This document shows positions 1 through 9,397 of a DNA stretch of 20,000 bases, in pieces (the first letter of the stretch is position 1; every line of letters begins with the position of its first letter). The notes beneath the pieces are model-generated. The model was not told the DNA's origin, did not search any database, and saw only the letters and a list, made by a program, of their open reading frames with translations. Source of the stretch: an uncultured virus (IMG/VR IMGVR_UViG_3300022836_000006) (Duplodnaviria > Heunggongvirae > Uroviricota > Caudoviricetes); IMG/VR virus record IMGVR_UViG_3300022836_000006, one strand, 5' to 3'. Both the position numbers and the translations under genes were made by a program.

Positions 1-41
1 GCGATCTGGATGGCACGGAGAGCAGTGTTAATATCAGCCAT
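1..41 (-). CDS. 5' end of the gene downstream of the major capsid gene (truncated by window edge); probable virion protein
   Basis: ATG at 41-39 preceded by AAGGA; reads MADINTALRAIQI... with no stop before the edge; directly follows the capsid gene. Confidence 0.6.
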   Translation of the reverse strand, partial: MADINTALRAIQI

Positions 42-84
42 GGGAATTATTCCTTAGTAGAATTGTTACGGTTGCGGGGAGGTC

Positions 85-987
85 TTAGGCAGTCTCATCA
101 CAGAAGATGAGAGTGACTCGTTCCTCTTCCATGCGGGTGGCACCAAGCATCATCTTGGTCCGAATCTGAACGGTCTCGTTCATGTCATCACGGATGGACA
201 TCTTGACCGAGCGATCCTTGCTCTCACCGAGAAGCACGCCCGCTTTGTGGTAGGCGATACAGGTGCGAACACTTGTTGCCGCGACAAGCGTAAGTAGCTC
301 CAAGCGGCAGAACTCGAAACCAAGGAACCGGGTCACGGTGCCTTCATTGAGCGCCTTGACGTTGGCGTAGTCAGAAGACTTCACCTCGATCACATTCTCC
401 AACAGGTCAGAGAGCTGCTTGGCACTGTGCAGGAAGTAGCGGTCTTCATCGGGGACTTCCGCCACGTCTTGGAGGTATTTGGCCCGAATGAGCTTGTCCA
501 AGGTCAGGCCGGAATTGGCAGCACCACCCGATTTGACGTAGGCGACCTCAACCTTCTGGGCGGCTCCTAGGTCCACGGCATCAGTGCCTGTGTTGCCGAT
601 GTAGGCAGTGCCCTCGAGTGCGGCGATGATGACCTCGTCCATGGTGCGCTTAGCAGCCATGGCGTGATTCATCACATGCTCAGAATCTGGTTCCGGCAGC
701 TCGCCCAGCGCAATGCCGTCGAACTCATCGATGTGGGTGACCTCATCATAGCCGATGGGACGAACCCAACGCTTGGCCATGGTGGTGTTCGACGCGATGG
801 TCTTGCCATTGCGCGTAGTGATCATCCGCATACGGGACTTACCGAGCTGGGAGAATTGACGTTCCTTGCCCTTAACGGTGGCGCGGCGGCACTTACCCTC
901 AAGGCGGGATTCCTTCTGCTGAAGGAGGTGTTCCCAGTTACTTGCGAACTGGGTCTGATAATGATCAGGAAGACTTTCGAGAGACAT
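85..987 (-). CDS. major capsid protein (podovirus-type, HK97 fold)
   Basis: 300 aa; motifs QFASNWEHLLQQKESRL, AAKRTMDEVII, SSDYANVKAL..G.V.RFLGFEF and GATRMEEERV are typical of this capsid family; follows scaffold and portal. Confidence 0.9.
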   Translation of the reverse strand: MSLESLPDHYQTQFASNWEHLLQQKESRLEGKCRRATVKGKERQFSQLGKSRMRMITTRNGKTIASNTTMAKRWVRPIGYDEVTHIDEFDGIALGELPEPDSEHVMNHAMAAKRTMDEVIIAALEGTAYIGNTGTDAVDLGAAQKVEVAYVKSGGAANSGLTLDKLIRAKYLQDVAEVPDEDRYFLHSAKQLSDLLENVIEVKSSDYANVKALNEGTVTRFLGFEFCRLELLTLVAATSVRTCIAYHKAGVLLGESKDRSVKMSIRDDMNETVQIRTKMMLGATRMEEERVTLIFCDETA

Positions 988-1123
988 TTTAGAATAGAGA
1001 TTAGAGTTGGATCGAACCAGCTGGTGCTGGCGTTACGCCGTTCGCTCTGGGTGTCCTATCGGGCCGTTGCTTCGGATGCTGATAGTTCAGGCTCCCGCCA
1101 AGGGAGGTGTCTGCTCTGTGTAA

Positions 1124-1155
1124 CCACTAATCCGCTACTGTGATGCATCTGTCAA
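1124..1155 (-). promoter_or_regulatory. putative promoter upstream of capsid gene (TTGACA-N19-TTAGTGG)
   Basis: Perfect TTGACA at 1155-1150 just after a terminator; same motif and spacing recur at 10356-10325. Confidence 0.5.
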
Positions 1156-1171
1156 CTGGATACATGCCCAC

Positions 1172-1202
1172 AAAAAAGACCCGGGCTGTTACACCCGGGT
1201 CT
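1172..1202 (-). terminator. intrinsic terminator after scaffold gene
   Basis: Minus strand AGACCCGGGT-GTAACA-GCCCGGGTCT followed by a U-tract. Confidence 0.8.
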
Positions 1203-1249
1203 CCCCCATATGTCTTATGAAACCGAGGTGGCTACCTACCCCTAAGCAG

Positions 1250-2263
1250 CTACCTCGGTTTGATCTTCTCCCCAGACCCTGCCTTATACAAGGACGAAAC
1301 AGCAGCGACTGCCTGCTCTTTCGATGGGCCAGCCGGTCCCCAGTATGCTTGGTGCTGCGGGTTGGCTGGGTTGTTGATGATGTCGTTGGCCTTCTCGGTG
1401 TTGGTCATCCCGGTGCTACCACCTGAGGTGTCACCATTGACCAGCGAGTCCTCACTGATGTGGGGCATCATCTTGGCGAACGCTTTGACTACACTCGCCG
1501 ATTTGAACATCGGGTCATTGGCCGGATCCAACCCGAGGGTGCGGGCGACACGGGATGCGTTGTCTGCCTCCTTGGCGAAGTCACCACCCCATGCTTCTTT
1601 AAGGCTATCGATCTGGGCCTTGTCGTGTGCTGCGGTGGTCACCTCTTGCTGAGCTCGAAGCGATGAGGCTTCTTTGATGTCAGCGTCCACCAATGCCCGA
1701 ACCAACTCTGGTGATGCGTTGTGCTGATGAAGGATCCCGACCATCCCGTTGACGTAGTCCCCAGCCCATGCCTCTTCAGGAATGTCATCAGGGCGCTTGA
1801 TGCCATAGTCTTCGGGCTTCTCTGGGACTCCGTTGGCAATCCGCATGTGGTCGCTGCGTGCCTGCTTGTCAGCATCGCTGGCATCTGCGGGCAGGGGTTG
1901 CATCTGCTTACTGCCAACCAGCTTGGTCATGTTGAACATGCCGCGCATCATGTCTGCCTCGGTCTTGTATTTGCCCAAGGTGTCCTTGAACCCACGGATG
2001 TCCTCTGGGAGGGTCGCTAGCCGGTCTGGCACTAGATCACCCTTTTCGTCGTAGAAGCTGCTGAGGCGCACGGAACCGGAACCGGAACCGGCACCACCGG
2101 CATCACCTGCGCCTTCACCACCAGCGCCTTCACCACCTGCGGCGGAACCTTCTCCACCTGACAGCAGCGTTGTGCCACCACCTGAGCCACCAGATCCACC
2201 AGTGCCTCCGTCTCCTCCACCATCCTCTTCCCAGAGGGTTCTGAATTGTGTGTATTTGATCAT
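1250..2263 (-). CDS. capsid scaffolding/assembly protein
   Basis: 337 aa between portal and capsid; Gly-rich N-terminus, GVPEKPEDYGI, LKEAWGGDF and a C-terminal AYW...H/K...AV..V..LY-type motif typical of these scaffolds. Confidence 0.8.
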   Translation of the reverse strand: MIKYTQFRTLWEEDGGGDGGTGGSGGSGGGTTLLSGGEGSAAGGEGAGGEGAGDAGGAGSGSGSVRLSSFYDEKGDLVPDRLATLPEDIRGFKDTLGKYKTEADMMRGMFNMTKLVGSKQMQPLPADASDADKQARSDHMRIANGVPEKPEDYGIKRPDDIPEEAWAGDYVNGMVGILHQHNASPELVRALVDADIKEASSLRAQQEVTTAAHDKAQIDSLKEAWGGDFAKEADNASRVARTLGLDPANDPMFKSASVVKAFAKMMPHISEDSLVNGDTSGGSTGMTNTEKANDIINNPANPQHQAYWGPAGPSKEQAVAAVSSLYKAGSGEKIKPR

Positions 2264-2275
2264 CGGTTACAGGGG

Positions 2276-2821
2276 TTAGTCTGAATACATGTCGCTGTCC
2301 GTCTCGCCGGACTGTGGCAATTCGGTGAGGTGGGTCTTGCGGGTGGCCAAGATGCAATCCTGCTCGTAAGGAACATCAATGGGCTCACCCGTTTCATCGT
2401 CCAAGGCCTTGCGCCACTTGGTGACCTTGCCCGGGCCGATGATGCCATACTTGGCCTTGTATTCTTCGGGCTTGTAGTCCCGATACCACTCCACCAATTC
2501 AGGCGTCTTGTCGCCGGCTTGACGGGTCATCTTGGGCATGGGTGGGATAGCCTGCTTGGAGCGGGCGTGCACTGCTGCCTCATCACCGATCAGGATGACC
2601 GACTTCACCGTCTTCAGGTTGGGCTCACCACTGAGCCAGCGGTTGACCGCTCCTCGATACTTCTGATGGTCAGGATGGATCGAAAGAACCCCTCCTGAGA
2701 AGTTGGCCACGTGGGTGACGTCGCCGTCGTCGTGGCGCATGATCTTGGTGCCCTCGAAGGCGTATCCACGTTGTGGAGCGTCCTCTGGGTAACCGTCCTC
2801 TGTCTTTTTGTCTTCTGACAT
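2276..2821 (-). CDS. hypothetical protein
   Basis: 181 aa ORF with AAGGA upstream, co-oriented and tightly packed in the head module. Confidence 0.7.
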   Translation of the reverse strand: MSEDKKTEDGYPEDAPQRGYAFEGTKIMRHDDGDVTHVANFSGGVLSIHPDHQKYRGAVNRWLSGEPNLKTVKSVILIGDEAAVHARSKQAIPPMPKMTRQAGDKTPELVEWYRDYKPEEYKAKYGIIGPGKVTKWRKALDDETGEPIDVPYEQDCILATRKTHLTELPQSGETDSDMYSD

Positions 2822-2849
2822 GTCTTATCCTTTGCTGATGGTTTGCTGA

Positions 2850-3128
2850 CTATTCGGGTCTTGCCCGAGTAAACTCTTGAATCTCGAGGAACAGCATTCG
2901 CTTGCCCTCGGCTTGTGCAGTCCTGAGTGGGCACAGGTGGCCTGCCTTGTCTGGCACCATGGTGGGGCGGTTGGCGTAGCATGCAGCCATCATGTCGTTC
3001 CACACGATCTGCTGTGCCACGGTCCTGTCTGCGTCGGTGCCATACACTGACCGGTAAGCCTTGATGCGCCTGATCTTGGCCTTGCGGATCTCTGCTGCGT
3101 CTTCCTGCGCCTTCTCTATGTTGGTCAT
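2850..3128 (-). CDS. small conserved head-module protein (Bbp19-like)
   Basis: 92 aa directly after portal; Y..V(F/Y)GT...Q.VW.DM...C...PT...TA.AEGKR.L.L.I pattern. Confidence 0.65.
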   Translation of the reverse strand: MTNIEKAQEDAAEIRKAKIRRIKAYRSVYGTDADRTVAQQIVWNDMMAACYANRPTMVPDKAGHLCPLRTAQAEGKRMLFLEIQEFTRARPE

Positions 3129-3130
3129 GA

Positions 3131-4807
3131 TTATGGTGACAGGGTGTTGCGCCCGCCTTCGTTGGCAGAACTCAGATCCTTCACAGCCTTGGCAATGCCG
3201 GGCGCTGCTTCAGCTGCCATGGCCTGCTGTTGCTGCTCTGCCCGTGCTTCTCGCATTGCGTCCCGGTCGAATACGTCACGCATCCATTCGGTGGGCAGGG
3301 CGAGGTTGTGACTGATGCCACGGGCGATCTTGTCGGTGTCCCAGTTGTCCATGATCTCTGGGGCAATCTCCATCATTGGTTGGAAGATCGAGATCAGCTG
3401 GAGGAATGCGTTGTTCTCCACTGCCTTGATTGCCATGGCCAGCTTCGAGGTGAGCACGACCTTGGGCAGCGGCAGGATGGGTGATCCATCAGGTCCGGCC
3501 ATCATTGCGCCGATGGGGGGCTCTTCGAATCTGCCGGCACGATACATCATGTTGAACACCCGGGTGAGCACTGGGGTGAGAACCTCATGGTCAATGCGGT
3601 AGAACGTCGGGCTGAAGTTGGCCACCTTCTCTGCCAATCGTTCGGCGATCTCGTAAGCAGTGCGGTCACCCTGATCCATGGACTTGAGCATCTGGAACAG
3701 GTCCACGTGGTAGGCTCGGTTGATGGCCTCGTCCTTGGACTCGATACGATCCTTGCCGATGTCGTAGCGCCCCTGCGTGCCCCACTCCTCTGGCTTGGCG
3801 TGTGGGGCGGCTGGGTTGACGTCGTATGGCGTGATGCCTCCTGAGCGTAGATCGATGTCACCCTCTTGGCCGGATGGGGTGAGGATCCGTGGGAATGCTG
3901 CGATCTCTGCGAGTGCATCCATCTGCTGCTCGATGAAGTTGACCTGCTTGACCGTGGGTAGCGTGGAGATCGATGGGCTGTAACCGTAGGGGTCTTTGCC
4001 CCACTTGAGGTAGCGGCTGATCATGGTGGGCATCTCGTCGTAGCCACCTTCGGAAATGACCTGCGAGTCCTTGACTGCCACGTAGGTGGATCCGATGCGC
4101 TTGTTGATGCCATCGAAGCGTTTCACATCCCGGCCCATGCGTGGCTCAATCACGTGGAGCAGCTCGAACTTCTCATCAGCTGCCTTGGTGTTCTCGCTTT
4201 GCTGGTAGTCCTGCCATGCTTTTAGAATGATCGGTGGCAGCTTGTCCTCACCGAACTTCATGGCGCACTGCCGGGCAGTCATGGAGAACTGTCGGAACAC
4301 TGTATCCACATACCCCTCATCGTCCTCGCAGACACAGAAGTCACCCACATCGAACTTCTGGAAGTTGAGCAATGAACGCTTGCCCTCCTCTAGGTGCAGG
4401 GAGGCTGTGCCGAATCCACCACGATCTAGGAAATGCTCATGGATGTTCAGGTAGAAGTTGGACCGGGCCAGCTCCATCATCGCCCGCTTGGTGGCCTTTC
4501 GATACCACATGATCGCATCGTCGTCCTCACCCAGCTCTTCGGGTGGCTCCCATGCGAACCAGTTGCCGCTGACCATGTAGTCCTTCTGGCCAGCTGCGAG
4601 CACCCCGTTGGCCTCCACTGCAGTCTGGTTGTAGAGGTCCGAGTTAAGGTCTGACCCGGGGGTTCTGCTGGTGGTGATCTGGGCCTTGCGTGGCATCACG
4701 TAGTCGGCGATCTCCTGCCATAGTGATTCCCAGCTGGACGCATTGGTCTTGAGCTGGGAGTGGCGCTTGAGCAAGTCGAGTGCTCGGGGGTCTTTGGTGA
4801 TCGTCAT
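3131..4807 (-). CDS. portal / head-tail connector (T7 gp8 / BPP-1-like family)
   Basis: 558 aa; WESLWQEIADYVMPR, SNFY...E.F.D...FGTA, VDTVFRQF, RY.K....PYGYSP, RTAYEIAER motifs. Confidence 0.92.
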   Translation of the reverse strand: MTITKDPRALDLLKRHSQLKTNASSWESLWQEIADYVMPRKAQITTSRTPGSDLNSDLYNQTAVEANGVLAAGQKDYMVSGNWFAWEPPEELGEDDDAIMWYRKATKRAMMELARSNFYLNIHEHFLDRGGFGTASLHLEEGKRSLLNFQKFDVGDFCVCEDDEGYVDTVFRQFSMTARQCAMKFGEDKLPPIILKAWQDYQQSENTKAADEKFELLHVIEPRMGRDVKRFDGINKRIGSTYVAVKDSQVISEGGYDEMPTMISRYLKWGKDPYGYSPSISTLPTVKQVNFIEQQMDALAEIAAFPRILTPSGQEGDIDLRSGGITPYDVNPAAPHAKPEEWGTQGRYDIGKDRIESKDEAINRAYHVDLFQMLKSMDQGDRTAYEIAERLAEKVANFSPTFYRIDHEVLTPVLTRVFNMMYRAGRFEEPPIGAMMAGPDGSPILPLPKVVLTSKLAMAIKAVENNAFLQLISIFQPMMEIAPEIMDNWDTDKIARGISHNLALPTEWMRDVFDRDAMREARAEQQQQAMAAEAAPGIAKAVKDLSSANEGGRNTLSP

Positions 4808-4810
4808 TGA

Positions 4811-5020
4811 TTAGCCTCCTAGGAGTGTTTGCGGTGCGGTGACTGCTCCACCCGTCTCACCTGCGATGAGTGTCTTCCGGTAGCCTGACCGGCGCTTGGC
4901 ATCACGTCTGGACTGCATGGATGCTGCCTTCACTTCGGTGGATCGTTCGGTCACGGGTGGCGTGATGGTTGGTTGCGGATTCGATGCCCGGTCTGGGCTT
5001 TTTGAGCTTCTGAAACACAT
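4811..5020 (-). CDS. small basic virion-associated protein upstream of portal
   Basis: 69 aa, starts MCF and ends RR.G.RKTLIAG...TLLGG, as commonly seen just before this portal type. Confidence 0.6.
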   Translation of the reverse strand: MCFRSSKSPDRASNPQPTITPPVTERSTEVKAASMQSRRDAKRRSGYRKTLIAGETGGAVTAPQTLLGG

Positions 5021-5021
5021 G

Positions 5022-5372
5022 TTAGATTTCCCCTATGAATAATTCGCCTGCTCCAAGGCGGGTGAGTCCCAGCCTTTCCAAGTATTGGTAATATGGTGAC
5101 GTTGTCTCTGTGGGCAAGATAATGCGGGCGTGGCCAAGGTCGCGCATGGTCTGTCTGATGTGGCAGAAAACCTTGAACGAAACCATGGGGGTCTGGGCTG
5201 AGTGAACCCACATAAACACGGCCGGTGCGTAGACCGTCGAGAAGGCAGCGATGATCTGTCCTTGGTCATCTGATACAGCATGGCTAACGCATGGCACGTT
5301 GTGACCATCCATCACCATCAGGTTGTGGACATAGGCCGACTCGACCGGGGTGGTTATCTGGTATGTTTTCAT
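5022..5372 (-). CDS. hypothetical protein, possibly GNAT-like fold
   Basis: 116 aa overlapping TerL stop (ATGA); C-terminal ..YLERLGLTR resembles the GNAT terminal motif (weak). Confidence 0.55.
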   Translation of the reverse strand: MKTYQITTPVESAYVHNLMVMDGHNVPCVSHAVSDDQGQIIAAFSTVYAPAVFMWVHSAQTPMVSFKVFCHIRQTMRDLGHARIILPTETTSPYYQYLERLGLTRLGAGELFIGEI

Positions 5373-6976
5373 CGGATACTTCTGGGGGCGCGGGCGCGGG
5401 GTCTGTTGATTGCACCATGGTTGGATCTGATGCCCGTCTTGGCCTGTGGGTTGAGCCCGGTCTTGGGCTTGGCTGGGATGGCTGATCGGTCGGTGAGGTA
5501 GCCACCTTTGATCGCTTGGTGAATGTAGCCAAAGGCTGTGCTGAAGTGGGATGCCCAGTCATGCACCGGCACGTTGCGCACACTCTGCCCGTCGCTCTCC
5601 TCCTTGGACCTGAACGCATCCAATGCATCGATACCGCCCTCGCACCCGTCGAGGTTGAAGGCACAGCGGGCGATGGATGCCAGACCTTGGTTGATGTTGT
5701 CCCACTCATTGATATTGCGGGCCATGCAGACGGTGTGGTCGAGGCCTGCCCTGATCAGCTGGCCTTGGTAGTCCACTGCAGCGTCATGTGGGAGGAAGTG
5801 ACCACCGTAGTTGAATGGCAGCGCCTTGATGCGTTTGGCCCATGCACCGGCGTGGTTGCAGTCGTCCCCACCCGTCAGGGACAGCAGCAGGTTGATGCGA
5901 TCACCCACCACTTGGAAGAACCACACCTTGGTGTTCCACGGTGCGCCGATGTCCCATGCCGTGTAGACCGGGAGTGCATCGTAGTGCAGCACCATGTTGT
6001 TGATCCGGCCATCACCCCGGGCCTTGTCCACATCTGATGCGTAGATGGCACCCGGGAATGGGGCACGCCAACACTCCTCAATGGTGCTGGGATACTCCGA
6101 GTAGATCATGCGCTTCAGGCTGACCTTCTTTTTGAAATACCAGAGGCGCTGGCCACCACTCAGCTCGATGCCCAGCTGCGTCTCAAGGTCATCCAGATAC
6201 TTGACCACCTTGGGCGGGATCTGGGAGACGTCGCCCTCCAGCGTGTATCGAGGCTCCAAATACCAGCCAAAGAACAGCACCTTGTAGTCGATCTTGGTCC
6301 GGTGCTCTGGTGAGACGGTCAATGCATCAGTGACCAGATCATACCATGCTCCCCCTTTACCACCCTTGTGCGTCGACTCGAAGATCACGATGGCGCTCTC
6401 CCCTGAGGCCGATGGCACAGCACCTGTCAGGATCTCTTCCGCCCGCTTTGGATCGTTGAAGGCGATGATGCCGAACTCTGAAACGTGGACATACTGATTG
6501 GTCGCACCCCGGGCATTCTTGCCGGCATACACTGCCGAGTCATTGGCCCAGCCTAGGGCGCTCTGGTTGTCCTCGGTCAGTGCGTCCCGTAGCTCTTGGG
6601 GCAGCCGATCATAGGCATACTTGACCATCTTGAGCTTGTTGGCGGCATCGTCGTGGGTCTTGTCCACGATGGAGCAGTTGGTGTCGTTGGTGAACAGTGA
6701 GGTGTCCAGCGCGATGATCGCCGCTAGGGTGGTGATGCCAAGCTGACGAGCCTTTGGGACGGCAAGGCGCTGCTCATGGTTGATGAACAGCTCATAGAGC
6801 ACCACGCACTGCGCCCAGTTGGGGACGAACTTGGTCTCCACTCCCTCGGCATTCTTGATCCAGTAGAGGTTACATATCCGAACCAATGGGTCGGTGAGTA
6901 GGTCGGCAACTTGCTCGTCGGTGGCATCGTCGGGTATCCGATAGTCGGCTACGTCGATAGCTTGGTGGGTGTTCAT
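5369..6976 (-). CDS. terL: terminase large subunit
   Basis: 535 aa; Walker A-type KARQLGITT, Walker B VHVSEFG, motif III FESTHKG, nuclease AWDIG, FLPHDA, PVHDWASH. Confidence 0.93.
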   Translation of the reverse strand: MNTHQAIDVADYRIPDDATDEQVADLLTDPLVRICNLYWIKNAEGVETKFVPNWAQCVVLYELFINHEQRLAVPKARQLGITTLAAIIALDTSLFTNDTNCSIVDKTHDDAANKLKMVKYAYDRLPQELRDALTEDNQSALGWANDSAVYAGKNARGATNQYVHVSEFGIIAFNDPKRAEEILTGAVPSASGESAIVIFESTHKGGKGGAWYDLVTDALTVSPEHRTKIDYKVLFFGWYLEPRYTLEGDVSQIPPKVVKYLDDLETQLGIELSGGQRLWYFKKKVSLKRMIYSEYPSTIEECWRAPFPGAIYASDVDKARGDGRINNMVLHYDALPVYTAWDIGAPWNTKVWFFQVVGDRINLLLSLTGGDDCNHAGAWAKRIKALPFNYGGHFLPHDAAVDYQGQLIRAGLDHTVCMARNINEWDNINQGLASIARCAFNLDGCEGGIDALDAFRSKEESDGQSVRNVPVHDWASHFSTAFGYIHQAIKGGYLTDRSAIPAKPKTGLNPQAKTGIRSNHGAINRPRARAPRSIR

Positions 6977-6985
6977 AGATTGGTC

Positions 6986-7369
6986 CTACCTCTTGCCCTT
7001 GCGGATCCGGTAGAGCAGCGAGCCTTCAACCTTCAGCTCCATCTTCTCGGGTGCATCGTAGCCACACATCTTGGCTGTGCGCTCAATGGCTGATATCTTG
7101 TCCCGGTTGGTGGCCTTGGGTGACTGGGCTATTCCGGCCAGCAGTTCGAGCGACTTGGCCCGGTCGAGCATCTTGGCTTTATCCTGCTTCGCACGCTCTG
7201 TGGCCATGTATACCCGCACCCCCTTGTGGGCAACAAGGTCCACTGCCTTCCTCGCTACTGCCCTTGTGCTGCCCCGGGTGTTGTAAGCCCCCCGGTAAGC
7301 GTCCGAACCAGTGCTGCCCTTGAGGATGAAATCGGCGAACGCGATCTGCTTGGCTGATAGAGGTCTCAC
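6986..7369 (-). CDS. terS: terminase small subunit
   Basis: 127 aa immediately upstream of terL; LSAKQIAFADFILKG.TGSDAYRGAY HTH-like N-terminus and DKISAIE..AKM.G C-terminal motif. Confidence 0.8.
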   Translation of the reverse strand: MRPLSAKQIAFADFILKGSTGSDAYRGAYNTRGSTRAVARKAVDLVAHKGVRVYMATERAKQDKAKMLDRAKSLELLAGIAQSPKATNRDKISAIERTAKMCGYDAPEKMELKVEGSLLYRIRKGKR

Positions 7370-7707
7370 TTGGATTCAGGGGATGGAGGGCCGTAACGAG
7401 GGCGGACTAGGGCGAATGTGAACGCCCCGTCTATCCACCTGACGATGCTGTAGCCGCAATCGAATACGGCTGCTAGGAGATTCCAGACTGGGAGGATTGC
7501 TGCTACTGATCTGCCTAGGACTGCCCCAATGGTGAGCTGGGGGTTGTAGTATTTCTCTGTGCAGTTCTGGGTGTCTAGCTTCCAGCCTCTGACGCAGCGT
7601 CCGCTGTAGCAAATGGTGCAGATGGTGAGGGGTAACCAGTAAAGGAATACAGCGAGGAGGCTGTTGAATTCGAATGATGTGAGGAGGTGGAATATGCGGT
7701 CGAACAT
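7366..7707 (-). CDS. small membrane protein (113 aa)
   Basis: Likely start ATG 7707 (MFDRIFHLL) just after the upstream stop, rather than 7785; two hydrophobic segments; stop overlaps terS start. Confidence 0.6.
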   Translation of the reverse strand: MFDRIFHLLTSFEFNSLLAVFLYWLPLTICTICYSGRCVRGWKLDTQNCTEKYYNPQLTIGAVLGRSVAAILPVWNLLAAVFDCGYSIVRWIDGAFTFALVRPRYGPPSPESK

Positions 7708-7714
7708 GATGGTC

Positions 7715-9397
7715 TTAATTGTTGTTGAACGTTGTGAAGGTGGGGCCGGTGGCTCCGTGGCTGATAGTGGTGCCTCCCATGGCAATGTTGTTGCCGCACT
7801 TGTTGGTGGAGGAGGCCTTGAGCTGGTTGTAGCTCAGCCACGTGGATGAATTGGTGTTTGATAGGACTCCACTGATCAGCACGTCCTCCATGGTCAAACT
7901 ACCTTGTGATCCTCCCGGGGTGAGGTAGATGGCTTCGTTGCCTCCGTTGGGGATTTCGATGGAGGTGTTGGCGATGGTGAGTCCTATCCAATTGGTGCCT
8001 GATGCTGTTTCGTCGATGGCTACTCCCCGATAAAATGCTGTATCCGTTTCGCGGATGCTGCCACCAATGATCGCCACGCTGCTGAAGTCTCCGATGTAAA
8101 TTCCCACGACACTCTTGATGTCATCTATTACGTTTTCCGAGCACGTCACATTGTCCGCTCCTGTGATGCGGATTCCGTAGCCTGAGTAGTATCCAACATC
8201 CCCTGTGATCATGTTGCCACGCAGCTGGATCTGCTCTGGTCGCCCGCCTGACTCTTTGACCACGATGATCCCGGACTGTTTGACCTGACTGATCACGTTG
8301 GACTCGACCATGATCTGCTTGGTATCTGCGAGAATGGCGATGCCTCTGCCCCATGCTGAGATTGCAATGGTTGCAGTTGCGCCGGATCCGCCTCCACCGG
8401 TGAACCCCACGGTGATTGCTGCAGCTACTGCGTCAGTGTGTCCGGTGCCGGAAGTGGTGATCAATACCAGCCTGACGATGCCCCCCGTCACTACTGCTGT
8501 AGCTGCTACTCCAGCCGGTGCTCCGGTCAGGGTTACGGTTGGTGCTGTCGTATAACCTGTGCCTCCTGCTGTGACTCCGATGGTCATAACATCCCTTCGG
8601 GCTCGACAGATGTTGTTCGAGATTAGCACGTCCTGACTTTCACTGCATGCGATGATGTCGTCGTCGCAGCCAAGTATCATGTTATTGGATATGACTGCGT
8701 GCAGCAGGTTCTTTGTGTTGATCCCGTCTGCGTAATTGTTGCCGACTAAGTTGTGGTGGCAGTTGAGGCCGATCATCGGATCAGTGGAGAGGTCTCTGCC
8801 CCCCCCGAACTGGAATGCAAACTCACCTGAGTTGATTACTTCATTGTCGTAGAAACTGCAGTAGTCTGCATCGACTACCACTGCCTGCTGGCCCGGTTTC
8901 CGGTAGACGCAATTGCCATCAAAGGTCATGCCGCAGATGGTCACGAATACACAGTCCTCATCGACATCCAGCACCCTCCCGCCTGTGGTTGCGGGGTGAT
9001 CATAGGTGCCGTCAGATACCGCTGATGTCCCGGTATTGCGTAGCGTGCTTACCCCTTTCCCTTCCCCCTTTATTGTGATTCCGGTCAGGTTCGATATGGC
9101 CACATCTCCAAGGTAGACACCGGGAGGGAAATACAGGACAGAGTCGTCGGTCATTGCTGCCACTGCTGCGTCAATCGCTGTCCGATCATCGGTGGCACCA
9201 TCACCCACTGCGCCGTGGTCCTTTACGTTGATCCACCCCAGCTCGGTCATGGTGATGTCACCTGAGCCACCACCACCACTGCTGGTGGGCGTGCCTCCCT
9301 TTGCTGCGTTGCCTCCATCACTGGGCACGTCAGGTGCTGGGCCTGCTATGGCGCGATCTCTGAGCGTCGAGCCTGAGCTGTTGGTGCTAATGGCCAT
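7715..9397 (-). CDS. parallel beta-helix / pectin-lyase-fold protein (tailspike or depolymerase-like)
   Basis: 560 aa; WINVKDHGAVGDGATDDRTAIDAA...VLYFPPGVYL N-terminal signature plus repeated ISNN/DGI beta-helix rungs. Confidence 0.82.
   Translation of the reverse strand: MAISTNSSGSTLRDRAIAGPAPDVPSDGGNAAKGGTPTSSGGGGSGDITMTELGWINVKDHGAVGDGATDDRTAIDAAVAAMTDDSVLYFPPGVYLGDVAISNLTGITIKGEGKGVSTLRNTGTSAVSDGTYDHPATTGGRVLDVDEDCVFVTICGMTFDGNCVYRKPGQQAVVVDADYCSFYDNEVINSGEFAFQFGGGRDLSTDPMIGLNCHHNLVGNNYADGINTKNLLHAVISNNMILGCDDDIIACSESQDVLISNNICRARRDVMTIGVTAGGTGYTTAPTVTLTGAPAGVAATAVVTGGIVRLVLITTSGTGHTDAVAAAITVGFTGGGGSGATATIAISAWGRGIAILADTKQIMVESNVISQVKQSGIIVVKESGGRPEQIQLRGNMITGDVGYYSGYGIRITGADNVTCSENVIDDIKSVVGIYIGDFSSVAIIGGSIRETDTAFYRGVAIDETASGTNWIGLTIANTSIEIPNGGNEAIYLTPGGSQGSLTMEDVLISGVLSNTNSSTWLSYNQLKASSTNKCGNNIAMGGTTISHGATGPTFTTFNNN

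Noticed and set aside
1005..1025. GGTTCGATCC T-loop-like sequence in the capsid leader (minus strand)
   Set aside because: Only 2 bp of stem and no cloverleaf around it
2071..2160. GGAACC x3 and GCGCCTTCACCACC-type repeats
   Set aside because: Simply encode the Gly/Ser/Ala low-complexity scaffold N-terminus
664..6927. Numerous plus-strand ORFs opposite the structural genes, and minus-strand ORFs opposite the early genes
   Set aside because: Antisense shadows of GC3-biased genes with no motifs or coupling
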